This document shows, one piece after another, positions 1 through 11,558 of a stretch of 64,000 nucleotides of DNA. Both the position numbers and the translations under genes were made by a program. Source of the stretch: Squalus acanthias (lineage: Eukaryota); the NCBI GenBank assembly GCA_030390025.1, contig JASTWF010000584.1, positions 186,001-250,000 on the forward strand, given 5' to 3'. Within the stretch, counting starts at the first letter, position 1, and every line of letters starts with the position of its first letter. The notes under the pieces were generated by a model. That model saw only the letters and a program-made list of their open reading frames with translations. It ran no database searches and was not told the origin of the DNA.

Positions 1-170
1 TTGAGCGGCGGCAGGAGAGTAAGAGAGATGATTAGTAGTGGAGAATAGGGGATAGTTAGGGTACATGACGGCGGAGAATGAAAAGGAGGCATGAAGGCCG
101 GGGGAGGGTAATGAAGAAAGAGATAGAAGTGATGAAACTCGGGTCTGGGATGGCAGACAAAACGCGCACG

Positions 171-270
171 TGTCAGCCTGGATTATGTGCTCAAGTCTCT
201 GGAGTGGGACTTGAACCAACAACCTTCTGACTCAGAGCGAGAGTGCTGCCAACTGAGATCACGGCTGACA
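171..270 (-). mobile_element. tRNA-derived SINE head (SacSINE1/DeuSINE-like)
   Basis: Reverse complement tgtcagccgtgatctcagttggcagcac...ggttcaagtccc has pol III A/B boxes. Same head at 9860-9980 and 38668-38775. Confidence 0.75.
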
Positions 271-398
271 CTTCCCTCCTCCCAAAATCTCCTCCAGCAG
301 GTAGTCTGGTGTTACCAGGTATCTCAAGACCTCCCCATCCCCACCTCCTCACCCCTCACCCCCACCTCCTCACCCCTCTGCCCGTTTCATGAACAGTT

Positions 399-572
399 TC
401 ACTGGAGTCTGATCTCTGCGTATTCTGTGTCCTCGCCCCTGTGGACCGTCCCATCACCACTGGGCAGCTTCAAGAAGTTGATGTTGGCGTACAGAAGGTC
501 CTCGTGCTTGGTTGGTTGTCCTTGTCCAGCATCTCCTCCCACCGGACCTTCAGAGAGCTCTTGGGGAGCTTG
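399..572 (-). pseudogene. Siglec-like terminal exon, 3' part (QAPQELSEGP...LLYANI...TEYAEIRLQ*)
   Basis: ITIM (LxYxxI) and ITSM (TxYxxI) just before the stop. Sequence abuts the CR1 5'UTR repeats at 573. Confidence 0.85.
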
Positions 573-802
573 GCGAGACCTCGGCGGATTCAAAAGGTGA
601 GTGGGAGCCCAGGAGAGTGCGAGACCTCGGCAGATTGAAAAGGTGAACGGGATCCCAGGAGAGCGCGAGACCTCAGCAGATTGAAAAGGTGAGTGGGGGC
701 CCAGGAGAGCGCGAGACCTCAGCAGATTCAAAAGGTGAACGGGGGCCCAGGAGAGCGCGAGATGTCAGCAGATTCAAAAGGTGAGCGGGGGCCCACGGGA
801 GC
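573..802 (+). repeat. Five tandem 46-bp units in the CR1 5'UTR
   Basis: gcgagacctcggcggattcaaaaggtgagtgggagcccaggagagt-like units start at 573, 619, 665, 711 and 757. Confidence 0.9.
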
Positions 803-1033
803 GGCTACAACAGACCGATGAGTGTAAAGAAGTAAAAAGTATTCGAAGTGTGACGTCACCAGAAAGCAGGTAAGTGATTGGTTGGTGAGTATTTCTATAT
901 TTCTCGCTTTTTTTCCAAACTTGGGTGTCTAAATTTAAGTGCCTTGGTGTAGAATAAAAGATATACATGTTCCAAATTTTAAAACAAATTAATTAATTAA
1001 TTGAGATGGGAGACCAGGCAATGTGTTGTTGTT

Positions 1034-1507
1034 AAATAAAAACAGAAAATGCTGGAAATACTCAGCAGGTCAGGCAGCATCTGTGGAGATTGTAATGGGA
1101 CAAGTTTTTTTTCCATTTATTTTTTTTTCTCTTCTACATGGCAACTGTCTTTCATTCTGTAAGCGCCATTTACACTTCATCTAGAGCCATCTTTTGTTTC
1201 TTAACTTGTCCCATTACCATCTACTTTTGCCTTGCATCATCTCTTATTTTCTCTTAATCACTCCTGCCTTCCATCCTTTCACAGACCTTCCCTTTTGTTA
1301 TTTCCTCCCCTCCCCGCTTTCCCTGCCCCTGCACTTGCTTAAAAACTTGTTTGATCTCCAGCTTTTTCTAGTTCTGACAAAGGGTCATCGACCTGAAACA
1401 TTAACTCTGTTTCTCTCTCCACAGATGCTGCCTGAACATGTAGAGTATTTCCAGCATTTTCTGTTTTTATTTCAGATTTCCAGCATCCGCAGTATTTTGC
1501 TTTTGTA
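1034..1507 (+). mobile_element. Penelope-like element terminal fragment (pseudo-LTR with inverted 5' copy)
   Basis: 14-bp TSD aatgtgttgttgtt (1020-33 and 1508-21). 1034-1089 is the near reverse complement of about 1416-1472. Degenerate hammerhead at 1370-1406. Confidence 0.8.
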
Positions 1508-2290
1508 AATGTGTTGTTGTTGTTGCATGTGGGAGCTGGTGGACACCATTGAGGTCCACGGCGACCACATCTGCAGCAAATGTTGGCTGCTCGAGGAACT
1601 TCGGTTCAGAGTTGATGAGCTGGAGTCCGAGATTCAGACACTCCGATACATTAGGGAGGGGGAGCATTACCTGGACACTAAGTTCTAGGAGGCAGTCACA
1701 CCCACTAGAATAATTACTTCCAATTTGGCCCATGGTCAGGGACAGGAGGGTGTGACTACAAGCGAGGCAGGTATTGGGATCCAGGAGGTAGTGATGGAGG
1801 AGCCTCAGCCCTGGGCCTTGTCCAACAGGTACGAGATTCTAGCTCCCTGTTTGGACGAGGGCAGGGACTGCAGGGAGGATGAGCAATCTGACCACAGCAC
1901 CGTGGTACAGGGAGCCATTCAAGTGGGGGGAGTAAAAAGAAATGTTGTAGTGATAGGGGACAGTATAGTTAGGGGGGTGGACACTGTTCTCTGCAGCCGA
2001 AAGCGTGAGTCCCGAAGGCTGTGTTGCCAGGGTTAAGGACATCTCCTCTGGGCTGGAGAGAAACTTTGAGTGGGAAGGGAAGGATCCAGTTGTCATGGCC
2101 CACGTAGGCACCAATGACAAAGGGAGGACAAAGAAAGAGGTTCTGCTGAGAGAGTATGAGCAGCTAGGGGCTAAATTAAAAAGCAGAACCACAAAGGTAA
2201 TAATCTCTGGATTACAACCTGAGCCACGAGCGAATTTGCATAGGGTAAATAAGATCAGAGAAATAAACGAGTGGCTCAAAGACTGGTGTG

Positions 2291-4147
2291 TCATAGTCAT
2301 AGAGTCATAGAGTTATACAGCACAGAAAGAGGCCCTTCGGCCCATCGTGTCCGTGCCCGCCATCAAGCCCTATCTATTCTAATCCCATTTTCCAGCACTT
2401 GGTCTGTAGCCTTGTATGCTATGGCGTTTCAAGTGCTCATGTAAATGCTTCTTGAATGTTGTGAGGGTTCCTGCCTCTACCACCCTTTCAGGCAGTGAGT
2501 TCCAGATTCCAACCACCCTCTGGGTGAAAAAGTTTTTCCTCAAATCCCCTCTAAACCTCCTGCCCCTTACCTTGAAACTATGTCCCCTGGTTATTGACCC
2601 CTCTATAAAGGGGAAAAGTTCCTTTCTATCTACCCTATCAATGCACCTCATAATTTTGTACACCTCAATCAGGTCCCCCCTCAGCCTTCTCTGCTCTAAG
2701 GAAAACAACCCCAGCCTGTCCAGTTTCTCTTCATAGCTGAAGCGCTCCAGCCCAGGTAACATCCTGGTGAATCTCCTCTGCACCCTCTCCAATACAATCA
2801 CATCCTTCTTATAGTATGGCGACCAGAACTGCACATAGTATTCCAGCTGTGGCCTAACTAGCGTTTTGTACAGCTCCATCATAACCTCCCTGCTCTTATA
2901 TTCTATGCCTCGGCTAATGAAGGCAAGTATCCCATATGCCTTTTAAACCACTTTATCTACCTGTCCTGCTGCCTTCAGGGATCTATGTACATGCACACCA
3001 AGCTCACTCTGATCCTCTGTCCTTCCTAGGATCCTACCATTCATTGTGCATTCCCTTGCCTTGTTAGTCCTCCCAAAATGCATCACCTCACACTTTTCAG
3101 GGTTAAATTCCATTTGCCACTGTTCTGCCCATCTGACCAATCAGTCTATATCGTCCTGTATCCTGAGGCTTCCCTCCTCGATATTTACTACTCCACCAAT
3201 ATTCGTGTCATCTGCGAACTTACTGATCATACCTCTTACATTCACATCTATATCATTAATGTACACTACAAACAGCTTAGGACCCAGCACCGATCCCTGC
3301 GGTACACAACTGGACACAGGCATCCAGTCACAAAAACAACCTTCGACCATCACCCTCTGCCTCCTGCCACTAAGCCAATTTTGGATCCAATGTGCCAAAT
3401 TGCCCTGGATCCAATGGGCTCTTACCTTCTTGACCAGTCGCCCATGCGGGACTTTGTCAAAAGCCTTACTGAAGTCCATGTAGACTACATCAACTGCACT
3501 ACCCTCATCCACACACCTAGTTATCTCCTCGAAAAATTCAATCAAATTGGTTGGACATGATCTCCCCCTGACAAAGCCATGCTGACTATCCTTGATAATC
3601 CTTGCCTCTCCAAGTGGAGACTAATTCTGTCCCTCAGAATTTTTTTCAATAATTTCCCTACCACTGATGTTAGGCTCACTGGCCTGTAATTCCCGGGTTT
3701 ATCCCTACTACCCTTCTTGAATAATGGCACTACGTTAGATGTCCTCCAGTCCTCTGGCACCTCCCCTGTGGCCAGAGAGGTTCTGAAAATTTGTGTCAGA
3801 GCCCCTGCAATCTCCTCCCTTGCCTCACACAGCAGCCTGGGATACATCTCGTCTGGGCCTAGGGATTTATTCACTTTTAAGCCTCCTAAAACCGCTAGTA
3901 CCTCCTCCCTCTCAATACTAATTTGTTCAAGTATATCACAATACCCTGCCTGATTTCTATGCCTACATCGTCCTTCTCCATCGTGAACACAGATGCAAAA
4001 TATTCATTTAAAACCTCATCCACATCTTCGGCTCTACACACAGATTGCCACTTTGGTCCCTAATGGGCCCTACTCTTTCCCTGGTTATCCTCTTGCCCTT
4101 TATATACTTATAAAACACCTTGGGATTTTCCTTTATTTTGCCCGCCA
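2291..4147 (-). mobile_element. 5'-truncated CR1 (RT half) inserted in ORF1 of the host CR1
   Basis: RT fragments on the minus strand, (actctatg)n tail, host ORF1 resumes after a gtg duplication. Same family as 44707-48032. Confidence 0.9.
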
Positions 4148-4960
4148 GTGGGAGAAATGGGTTTCGATTTGTGGGGCACAGTCACCAGTACTGGGAGAAG
4201 AGGGAGCTGTTCCGTTTGGACGGGCTTCACCTGAACTATGCTGGGGCTAGAGTCCTGGCGAATCGAATAACTAGGGCTGTAGAGAGGGCTTTAAACTAAA
4301 TAGTAGGGGGGAGGATCCAGGAATTAAAAAAGTCAATGAGAAATGAAAAAGCAATAGAGCAGGATAGAGATGGGGGAAATAATAACCAGAGTGTGACAGG
4401 AAGGGACAGAATGTTTAAAAATAAGAGTGCAACAGAAAATGGGGCCAAAACAAGGAGAAATGGTAAAAAGACAAAATTAAAAGCTCTATATCTGAATGCA
4501 CGCTGCATTTGTAACAAGATAGATGAGTCGACGGCACAGATAGATACAAATGGGTATGATCTGATCGCCATTACAGAGAGTGGTTGCAAGGTGATCAGGG
4601 CTGGGAACTGAATATTCCAGGGTATTTGACAATTCGGAAGGATAGACAGAAAGGAAAGGGAGGTGGGGTGGCTTTGTTGGTGAAGGATGGGATCAGTGCA
4701 GTGGTGAGAAGTGATATTGGCTCAGAAGATCAAGATGTAGAATCAGTTTCGGTGGAGACAAAAAATAATAAAGGGAAAAAGTCTCTGGTGGGTGTAGTCT
4801 ACAGGCCTCCGAACAGTAGCAATACTGTTGGACAGTGTATAAATCAACAAATAATGGAGGCCTGTAAAAAAGGTACGGTAATAATCATGGGTGATTTTAA
4901 TCTCCATATTGATTGGACAAATCAAATTGGCCATGGTAGCCTTGAGGAGTTCATAGAATC

Positions 4961-5178
4961 TGACATAAGAAAACTACTAGGCACTTGGTCTAAGCATTAA
5001 CCAAAGCTTTAATCAACTGTTTTACAACATGGTGGTCTAGTTGTGTCCTTCACTAGTTCCTGTTGAGGAATGTGCTAAGCAAGCTGGGCCCATGCCCGAG
5101 CATTTATACTCTCCCTGGACAGCGCCACCAGCAGGCCGCCCAGTATTACTTCATACATGAATGACAAGATTCATGTCA
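4961..5178 (-). mobile_element. Solo LTR, about 220 bp
   Basis: TGACA...TGTCA termini, diverged 5-bp TSD (gaatc/gagta), TATA and ATTAAA on the minus strand. Second copy at 33256. Confidence 0.75.
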
Positions 5179-6458
5179 GAGTACATCCGGGATGGTTTCC
5201 GAGAACAGTATGTAGTGGACCCAACCAGGGAGCAGGCTATCTTGGATCTGGTACTGTGTAATGAGACAGAATTAATAAATGATCATAGCATGGTTGAATT
5301 TCAAATTCAGTTGGAGGGTGAGAAAGTTGTATCTCAAACCAGTGTCCAGATCTTAAACAAAGGCAATTACAATGGCATGAGGGCAGAACTGGCTAAAGTG
5401 GACTGGAAAAATAAATTAAAGGGTAAGACAGTTGAAATGCAGTGGCGGACATTTAAGGAGATATTTCATAACTCTCAACAAAAATATATTCCAGTGAGAA
5501 AGAAAGATTTTAAGAGAAGGGAGCATCATCCGTGGCTAACTAAGGAAGTGAAGGATGGTATCAAATTGAAAACGAAGGCATACAATGTTGCCAAGATTGG
5601 TGGGAGACCAGAGGATTGGGATATTTTTAAAAACCAGCAAAGGATGACTAAAAAAATAATAAAGAGAGAGAAGATGAATTATGAGAGTAAACTGGCAAGA
5701 AACATTAAACCAGATAATAAGAGCTTCTACAGGTATATAAAAAGGAAGAGGGTAGCTAAAGTAAATGTTGGTCCCTTAGAGGATGAGACTGGGGAATTAA
5801 TGATGGGGAACGGGGAAATGGCAGAGACTCTGAACAAATACTTTGTATCTGTCTTCATGGTAGAAGACACTAACAACATCCCAATAATGGATTATCAAGG
5901 GGCCACAGGGAGGGGAGAACTAAAGACAATCACTATCACTAAGGAAATAGTACTTGGTAAAATAATAGGACTAAAAGATGACAAGTCCCCTGGACCAGAT
6001 GGCCTGCATCCCAGGGTCTTAAAAGAAATGGCTGCAGAGATAGTGGATGTATTGGTTGCAATATACCAAAATTGCCTGGACTCTGGAGAGGTCCCAGTGG
6101 ATTGGAAAACTGCAAATGTAACACCCCTATTTAAGAAAGGAGGGAGACAGAAAGCAGGAAACTATAGACAAGTTAGCCTAACATTTGTCGTTGGGAAAAT
6201 GCTGGAGTCCTTCTTTAAGGTAGCAGTAGCAGGGCATTTGGAAAATCATAATGCAGTCAAGCAGAGTCAGCATGGTTTTATGAAAGGGAAATCATGTTTA
6301 ACAAATTTGCTGGAGTTCTTTGAGGAGGTAACGAGCAGGGTGGACAAAGGTGAACCAGTGGATGTGGTGTATTTGGATTTCCAGAAGGCATTCGATAAGG
6401 TGCCACATAAAAGGTTACTGCATAAGATAAGAGCTCACAGAATTGGTTGTAATATATT

Positions 6459-7203
6459 GGTCCAAAAATTCATCCCGCGACGCGAGAGTACGCACTGCGT
6501 ACTCTCGCGTATTCTCTCTGCAATTGCCGGTTTTCTGCATGCCCTGCGCATGCGCTGAAAACCGGCACTTGCTCTTTTGAAAAGGGGGCGGTTCCTCGAT
6601 GCATCGCGTGCGCGCTACAGGCTGCGCGCACGCTGTGCACTTCATGCTTTGGACGCGCAGGTAAGTACGGAAGATTTTAAAAATGGAAAAAGGAGGAGTA
6701 AGACCCACTTTTATCAAGGTAAGTAGTGAATTAATTATTTTTTTGAATTTTTTTTAACAGGTATATCTTTTTCAGAGACTTTAAAGACAGGTAAGTTTAT
6801 TTTTAAAACTTTTTAAAAGATTTTAAACTTTTTCAAAAATTTAATTTTTTATTTAAAATGGTTAATTTATTTAACTATACTTATTTTATTAATGTGATGG
6901 TTTTTAAAAAAAATTTAATTGAGGTTTAGCTGTTATTTTGGGGGGGGTGTAAGATTCATAGATTTCACAGCACGAATGTGAAACTTATGAATGGAAGATG
7001 GTGTGCTGCCATTGGCTCTAACTGAGTCACGTGATCCCACAGCTCGCACGAATTCACTACGCCGGTGGGATACGCAAGCACTGCCCAGCTGATGTCTGGA
7101 ACATCAAGTTCGTGCGAGCTGGATCTGAAAAAGCACAAGCTGAGTGAGAGATCGCGGGGAAGCCTTACCCCCGCGGGAACAGAGCGAGATCAATTTCTGG
7201 GCC
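6459..7203. mobile_element. Harbinger-type MITE
   Basis: TIRs ggtccaaaaatt / aatttctgggcc, TSD ATT. Removing it restores the CR1 RT sequence. Confidence 0.85.
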
Positions 7204-8310
7204 ATTAGCATGGATAGAGAATTGGCTAACTAACAGAAAGCAGAGAGTCAGGATAAATGGGTCATTTTCCGGTTGGCAAACAGTAACTAGAGGGGTGCCA
7301 CAGGGATCGGTGCTGGGGCCTCAACTATTTACAATCTACATTAATGACTTGGATGAAGGGACCGAGTGTAATGTAGCCACGTTTGCGGATGATACAAAGA
7401 TGGGTGGGAAAGCAAGTTGTGCAGAGGACTCAAAGAATCTGCAAAGGGATATAGACAGGCTAAGTAAGTGGGCAAACATTTGGCAGATGGAGTATAGTGT
7501 GGGAAAGTGCGAGGTTATACACTTTGGCAGGACAAATAAAAAAGCAAATTATTATTTAAATGGAGCGAGATCACAAAATGCTGCAGTTCAGAGGGACCTG
7601 GGGGTCTTTGTGCATGAAACACAAAAAGTTAGCATGCAGGTACAGCAAGTAATCAAAAAGGCAAATGGAATGTTGGCCTTTATTCAAAGGGGTTGGAGTA
7701 CAAAAGCAGGGATGTCCTGCTAAAACTGTACAGGGTATTGGTGAGATCACACCTGGAGTACTGCGTACAGTTTTGGTCTCCTTATTTAAGGAAAGATATA
7801 CTTGCATTGGAGGCAGTTCAGAGACGATTCACTCGGTTAATTCCAGAGATGAGGTGGTTGACTGAAGAGGTAAGGTTGAGAGGCTGGGCCTATACTCATT
7901 GGAATTTAGAAGAATGAGAGGGGATCTTATTGAAACATATCAGATACTGAGGGGGCTCGACAAGGTAGATGCTGAGAGGATGTTTCCCCTCGTGGGGAAA
8001 TCTAGAACGCAGGGGCACAGTTTTAGAATAAAGGGTCGCCCTTTTAAAACTGAGATAAGGAGGAATTTCTTCTCTCAGAGGGTCATAAATCTGTGGAATT
8101 CTCTGCCCCAGAGAGCTGTGGAGGCTGGGTCATTAAATACATTTAAGGTGGAGATAGACAGATTTTTGCAAGATAAGGGAGTGAAGGGTTATGGGGAGCA
8201 GGCGGGGAAGTGGCTTTGAGCCCAAGATCAGCCATGATCTTGTTGAATGGCGGAGCAGGCTTGAGGAGCCAAGTGGCCTATTCCTGCTCCTATTTCTTAT
8301 GTTGTTATGT

Positions 8311-8379
8311 TGTCTCCACCTCGCTAGTTGCATCACTGGTTGTGTTCCAGAGGTCAATAACCACTGCGCTCTGTGTACC
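8311..8379 (-). pseudogene. Siglec-like terminal exon, 5' part (GTQSAVVIDLWNTTSDATSEVET)
   Basis: Acceptor ttcctttttctttgtag at 8380-81, phase 0 matching the previous exon. Ends at the CR1 3' tail. A blunt join to 572 is in frame. Confidence 0.7.
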
Positions 8380-8470
8380 CTACAAAGAAAAAGGAAGCAC
8401 AAGATAGTCTCACATCATTTACCAGGGCTGATAGGGTTAAATTATTGCAGAGACTCGCTGGTGTCAGCCG

Positions 8471-8619
8471 NNNNNNNNNNNNNNNNNNNNNNNNNNNNNN
8501 NNNNNNNNNNNNNNNNNNNNNNNNNNNNNNNNNNNNNNNNNNNNNNNNNNNNNNNNNNNNNNNNNNNNNNNNNNNNNNNNNNNNNNNNNNNNNNNNNNNN
8601 NNNNNNNNNNNNNNNNNNN
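8471..8619. other. Assembly gap (149 N) inside a plus-strand SINE head
   Basis: N run flanked by gtgtcagccg and gggttcgagtcc. Confidence 0.95.
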
Positions 8620-8669
8620 GACAATCATGGGTTCGAGTCCAACTACAGAGACTTAAGACCCATAATTTA

Positions 8670-9980
8670 CACCCTCAGGATATCCCAAAGCTCGTTGAAT
8701 GAGGTAGGTTTGCGAAGTGTAGTCACTGTTGTAATGTAGGAAACGTGGCAGACAATTTGCGCACAGCAAGCTCCCACAAACAGCAACGTGATAATGACCA
8801 GATCATCTGATTTTTTTTTTAACTGGTCTTGGTTCAGGGATAAATATTGGCCCTGGGACATCGGGGAGAAGTCCTCTGCTCTTCTTTGAAATAGTGGCCG
8901 TGGGAACATTTATATCCACCTGAGACGGGGCCCTTGGTTTAACGTCTCATGCGAAACAAGGCACCGATGACAGTGCAGCACTCCCTTACTACAGCCCCTC
9001 CAACAGCTAACTCACAACTGGCCCTCCGACACTGCAGCTCTCCCTCAGTACTGCCCCTCCAACCATCCAGCGCTCCCGCAGCACTGCTCCTCTGAGAGTG
9101 CAGCTCTCCCTCAGTACTGCCCCTCCAACCATCCAGCGCTCCCGCAGCACTGCTCCTCTGAGAGTGCAGCTCTCCCTCAGTACTGCACCACCAACGATCC
9201 AGCGCTCTCTCAGTACTGCTCCTCTGACAATGTAGCACCCCCTCAGTACTGCCCCACAACCGTGCAGCGCTTCCTCAGTACTGCCCCTCCGACATTGCAG
9301 CGCTCACTAACTACTGCCCCTCTGACAATGCAGCACTCCCTCAGTACTGCCCCTCCGACACTACAGCACTCCCTCAGTACTGCCCCTCCGACACTGCAGC
9401 ACTCCCTCAGTACTGCCCCTTTGACAATGCAGCACTCCCTCAGTGCAGCACTCCCTCAGTACTGCCCCTCTGACACTGCAGCGCTCCCTCAGTACTGCCC
9501 CTCTGACAATGCAGCACTCCCTCAGTGCAGCACTCCCTCAGTACTGCCCCTCCGACACTGCAGCGCTCACTCAGTACTGCCCCTCTGACAATGCAGCACT
9601 CCCTCAGTGCAGCACGCCCTCAGTACTGCCCCTCTGACAATGCAGCACTCCCTCAGTACTGCCCCTCTGACAATGCAGCGCTCCCTCAGTCCTGCCCCTC
9701 CGACACTGCAGCACTCCCTCAGTCCTGCCCCTCCGACACTGCAGCACTCCCTCAGTCCTGCCCCTCTGACAATGCAGCACTCCCTCAGTGCAGCGCTCCC
9801 TCAGTACTGCCCCTCCGACACTGCAGCGCTCCATCAGTGCAGCGCTCACTCAGTTCTGCACTGGGAGTGTCGGCCTGGGTTATGGGGCTCACATCTCTGA
9901 AGTGGGACTCAAACTCACGACCTTCTTACTCAGAGGTGAGAGAGAGAGTGCTAAACCCACTGAGCCACAGCTGGCACCAT
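8670..9980 (-). mobile_element. SacSINE1/DeuSINE-like SINE with an internal 33-bp minisatellite expansion (about 8967-9860)
   Basis: tRNA head at 9860-9980, tandem cagtactgcccctccgacactgcagcactccct units, Deu-like body and tail at 8670-8960. Confidence 0.8.
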
Positions 9981-10078
9981 AGGCAGAATATCATGGACAA
10001 CCCAACTGGGAACCTCTGATACGTGTTGTCTACACGCTGAGATTGAGACTTCAGACTAACTGTAAATAGCTGCCGTAC

Positions 10079-10157
10079 CTGGTACTTCACGGAGAGTGGA
10101 CAGTCGGTCATTGCAATGTCACTGGTCTGTGAATCTCTCTCAGTCGCTGCCTTTCTC
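10079..10157 (-). pseudogene. Siglec-like cytoplasmic exon (RKAATERDSQTSDIAMTDCPLSVKYQ)
   Basis: Acceptor tatttcag, donor CAG|gtacgg, 79 nt, phase 2 to 0 matching both neighbours. Confidence 0.75.
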
Positions 10158-10282
10158 CTGAAATAGCAGAATATCGCACTGTGGTTATCATATATCAGCG
10201 TGTCAGTGCAGGACAGACCCAGACCCCACTGTAACATTAGAGCAACTACCGGGCTGTTTCTTTAAATCGCTTCTGTCCACAT

Positions 10283-11112
10283 ACATAGAATCATAGAATC
10301 ACACAGCACAGAAGGAGGCCATTCAGCCCATCGTGCCTGTGCTGGGTCTTTGAAGGAGCTCTCCAATTAGTCCCACTACCCCCTGCTCTTTCCCCATAGC
10401 CCAGAAAATGTTTCCTTTACAAGTATTTATCCAAATCCCTTTTTGAAAGTTACTCTTGAATCTGCGTCCACCACCCTTTCAGGCAGTGCATTCCCAATCA
10501 GAACAATTCGCTGCGCAAAAATATTTCTCCTCATCTACCTCTCTGGCTTTTTTACCAATGACGGTAAATCTGTGTCCTCTGGTTACCGACCCTCCTGCCA
10601 GTGGAAACAGTTTCTCCTTATTTACTCTATCAAAACCCCTCATGATTTTGAACGCCTCTGTTAAATCTCCCCTTAATTGGCTCAACTGGTCCATGCCGGA
10701 TTTATCCTCCACAAGAGCCTCCTCCCATCCCTCTTCATTTAACCCTATCAACATATCCTTCTATTCATGTTTCCCTCATGTACTTATCTAGCTTCCCCTT
10801 AAATGCATCTACGCTATTAGCCTCAACCACTCCATGTGTTCCACATTCTCACCACTCTCTAGGTAAAGAGTTTCTCCTGAATTCCCGATTGGATTTATTA
10901 GCGACTATCTTGTATTGATGACCCTTAGTTTTAGTCTCCCTCACAAGTGGAAACATCTTCTCTACATCTACCCTATCAAACCCCTTCATAATCATAAAGA
11001 CCTCTATCAGGTCACCTCTCAATCTTCTCCTTTTTAAAGAAAAGTGCCCCAGCCTGTTCAGTCTTTCCTGATTGTTATATCCTCTCAGTTCTGGTATCAT
11101 CCTTGTGAATCT
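10283..11112 (-). mobile_element. Two CR1 3' fragments
   Basis: LRGDLIEVFKIM-type RT C-terminal peptides and a (attctatg)n tail. Confidence 0.8.
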
Positions 11113-11461
11113 AAATCAGAGAGTGAAAGATAGAACATACGAATGTGCAGTTATTTATTCACATCTTTGGGACATCCCAAAGTGCTCCACAGACAATCAA
11201 TTGTTTATCGAAATATAGTCACTGTGGTTTAGTCACATCAGAAGATGACCTGATACAATCCAACAGCTAGCGTGCATAGTGACTGGGTCTCGTTAGCGTC
11301 CACCTGGATACTGGGCTGTGAAAGACACACTCCAGATTGTAGGGAACACAGGGACCACTTATAGGAGTGGCGTCTGGTGCTTAACCAATCACTGACTTAA
11401 GGAGGGAAGATTGAAATAAAGACTGTGATAAAAACAAACATAGTTAAACCTTCGCACTTAC

Positions 11462-11558
11462 TTTCTCATGCACTTGAAGATTAAGAATCCAGCCAGTTCA
11501 ACACTCAATATGATCCCAGCTACAAGCAATCTTACTTTACATTTATTGGAGTCTCTAC
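11462..11558 (-). pseudogene. Siglec-like transmembrane exon (RDSNKCKVRLLVAGIILSVELAGFLIFKCMRK)
   Basis: Acceptor tgtttttacag, donor gtaagt, hydrophobic span followed by a basic stop-transfer, 97 nt, phase 1 to 2. Too short for the ORF track. Confidence 0.8.

Larger units (their letters stand above)
573..8310 (+). mobile_element. Full-length decayed CR1 LINE with four nested insertions
   Basis: 5'UTR repeats, ORF1 from ATG 1006 (Cys motif, SGNH esterase GDS), APE/RT ORF2 fragments (FADD), 3' stem-loop and ttcttatgtt tail. Confidence 0.9.

Noticed and set aside
171-270. tRNA gene
   Set aside because: A/B boxes are present but it is a SINE head found in several copies, without a complete cloverleaf. 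The same applies to 55680-55755.
573-731. N-terminal part of ORF 399..731 as host protein
   Set aside because: It is the antisense of CR1 5'UTR repeats. Only 399-572 is exon.
2416-3560. Numerous ORFs antisense to CR1 RT
   Set aside because: Shadow frames of LINE ORF2 that recur in every copy.
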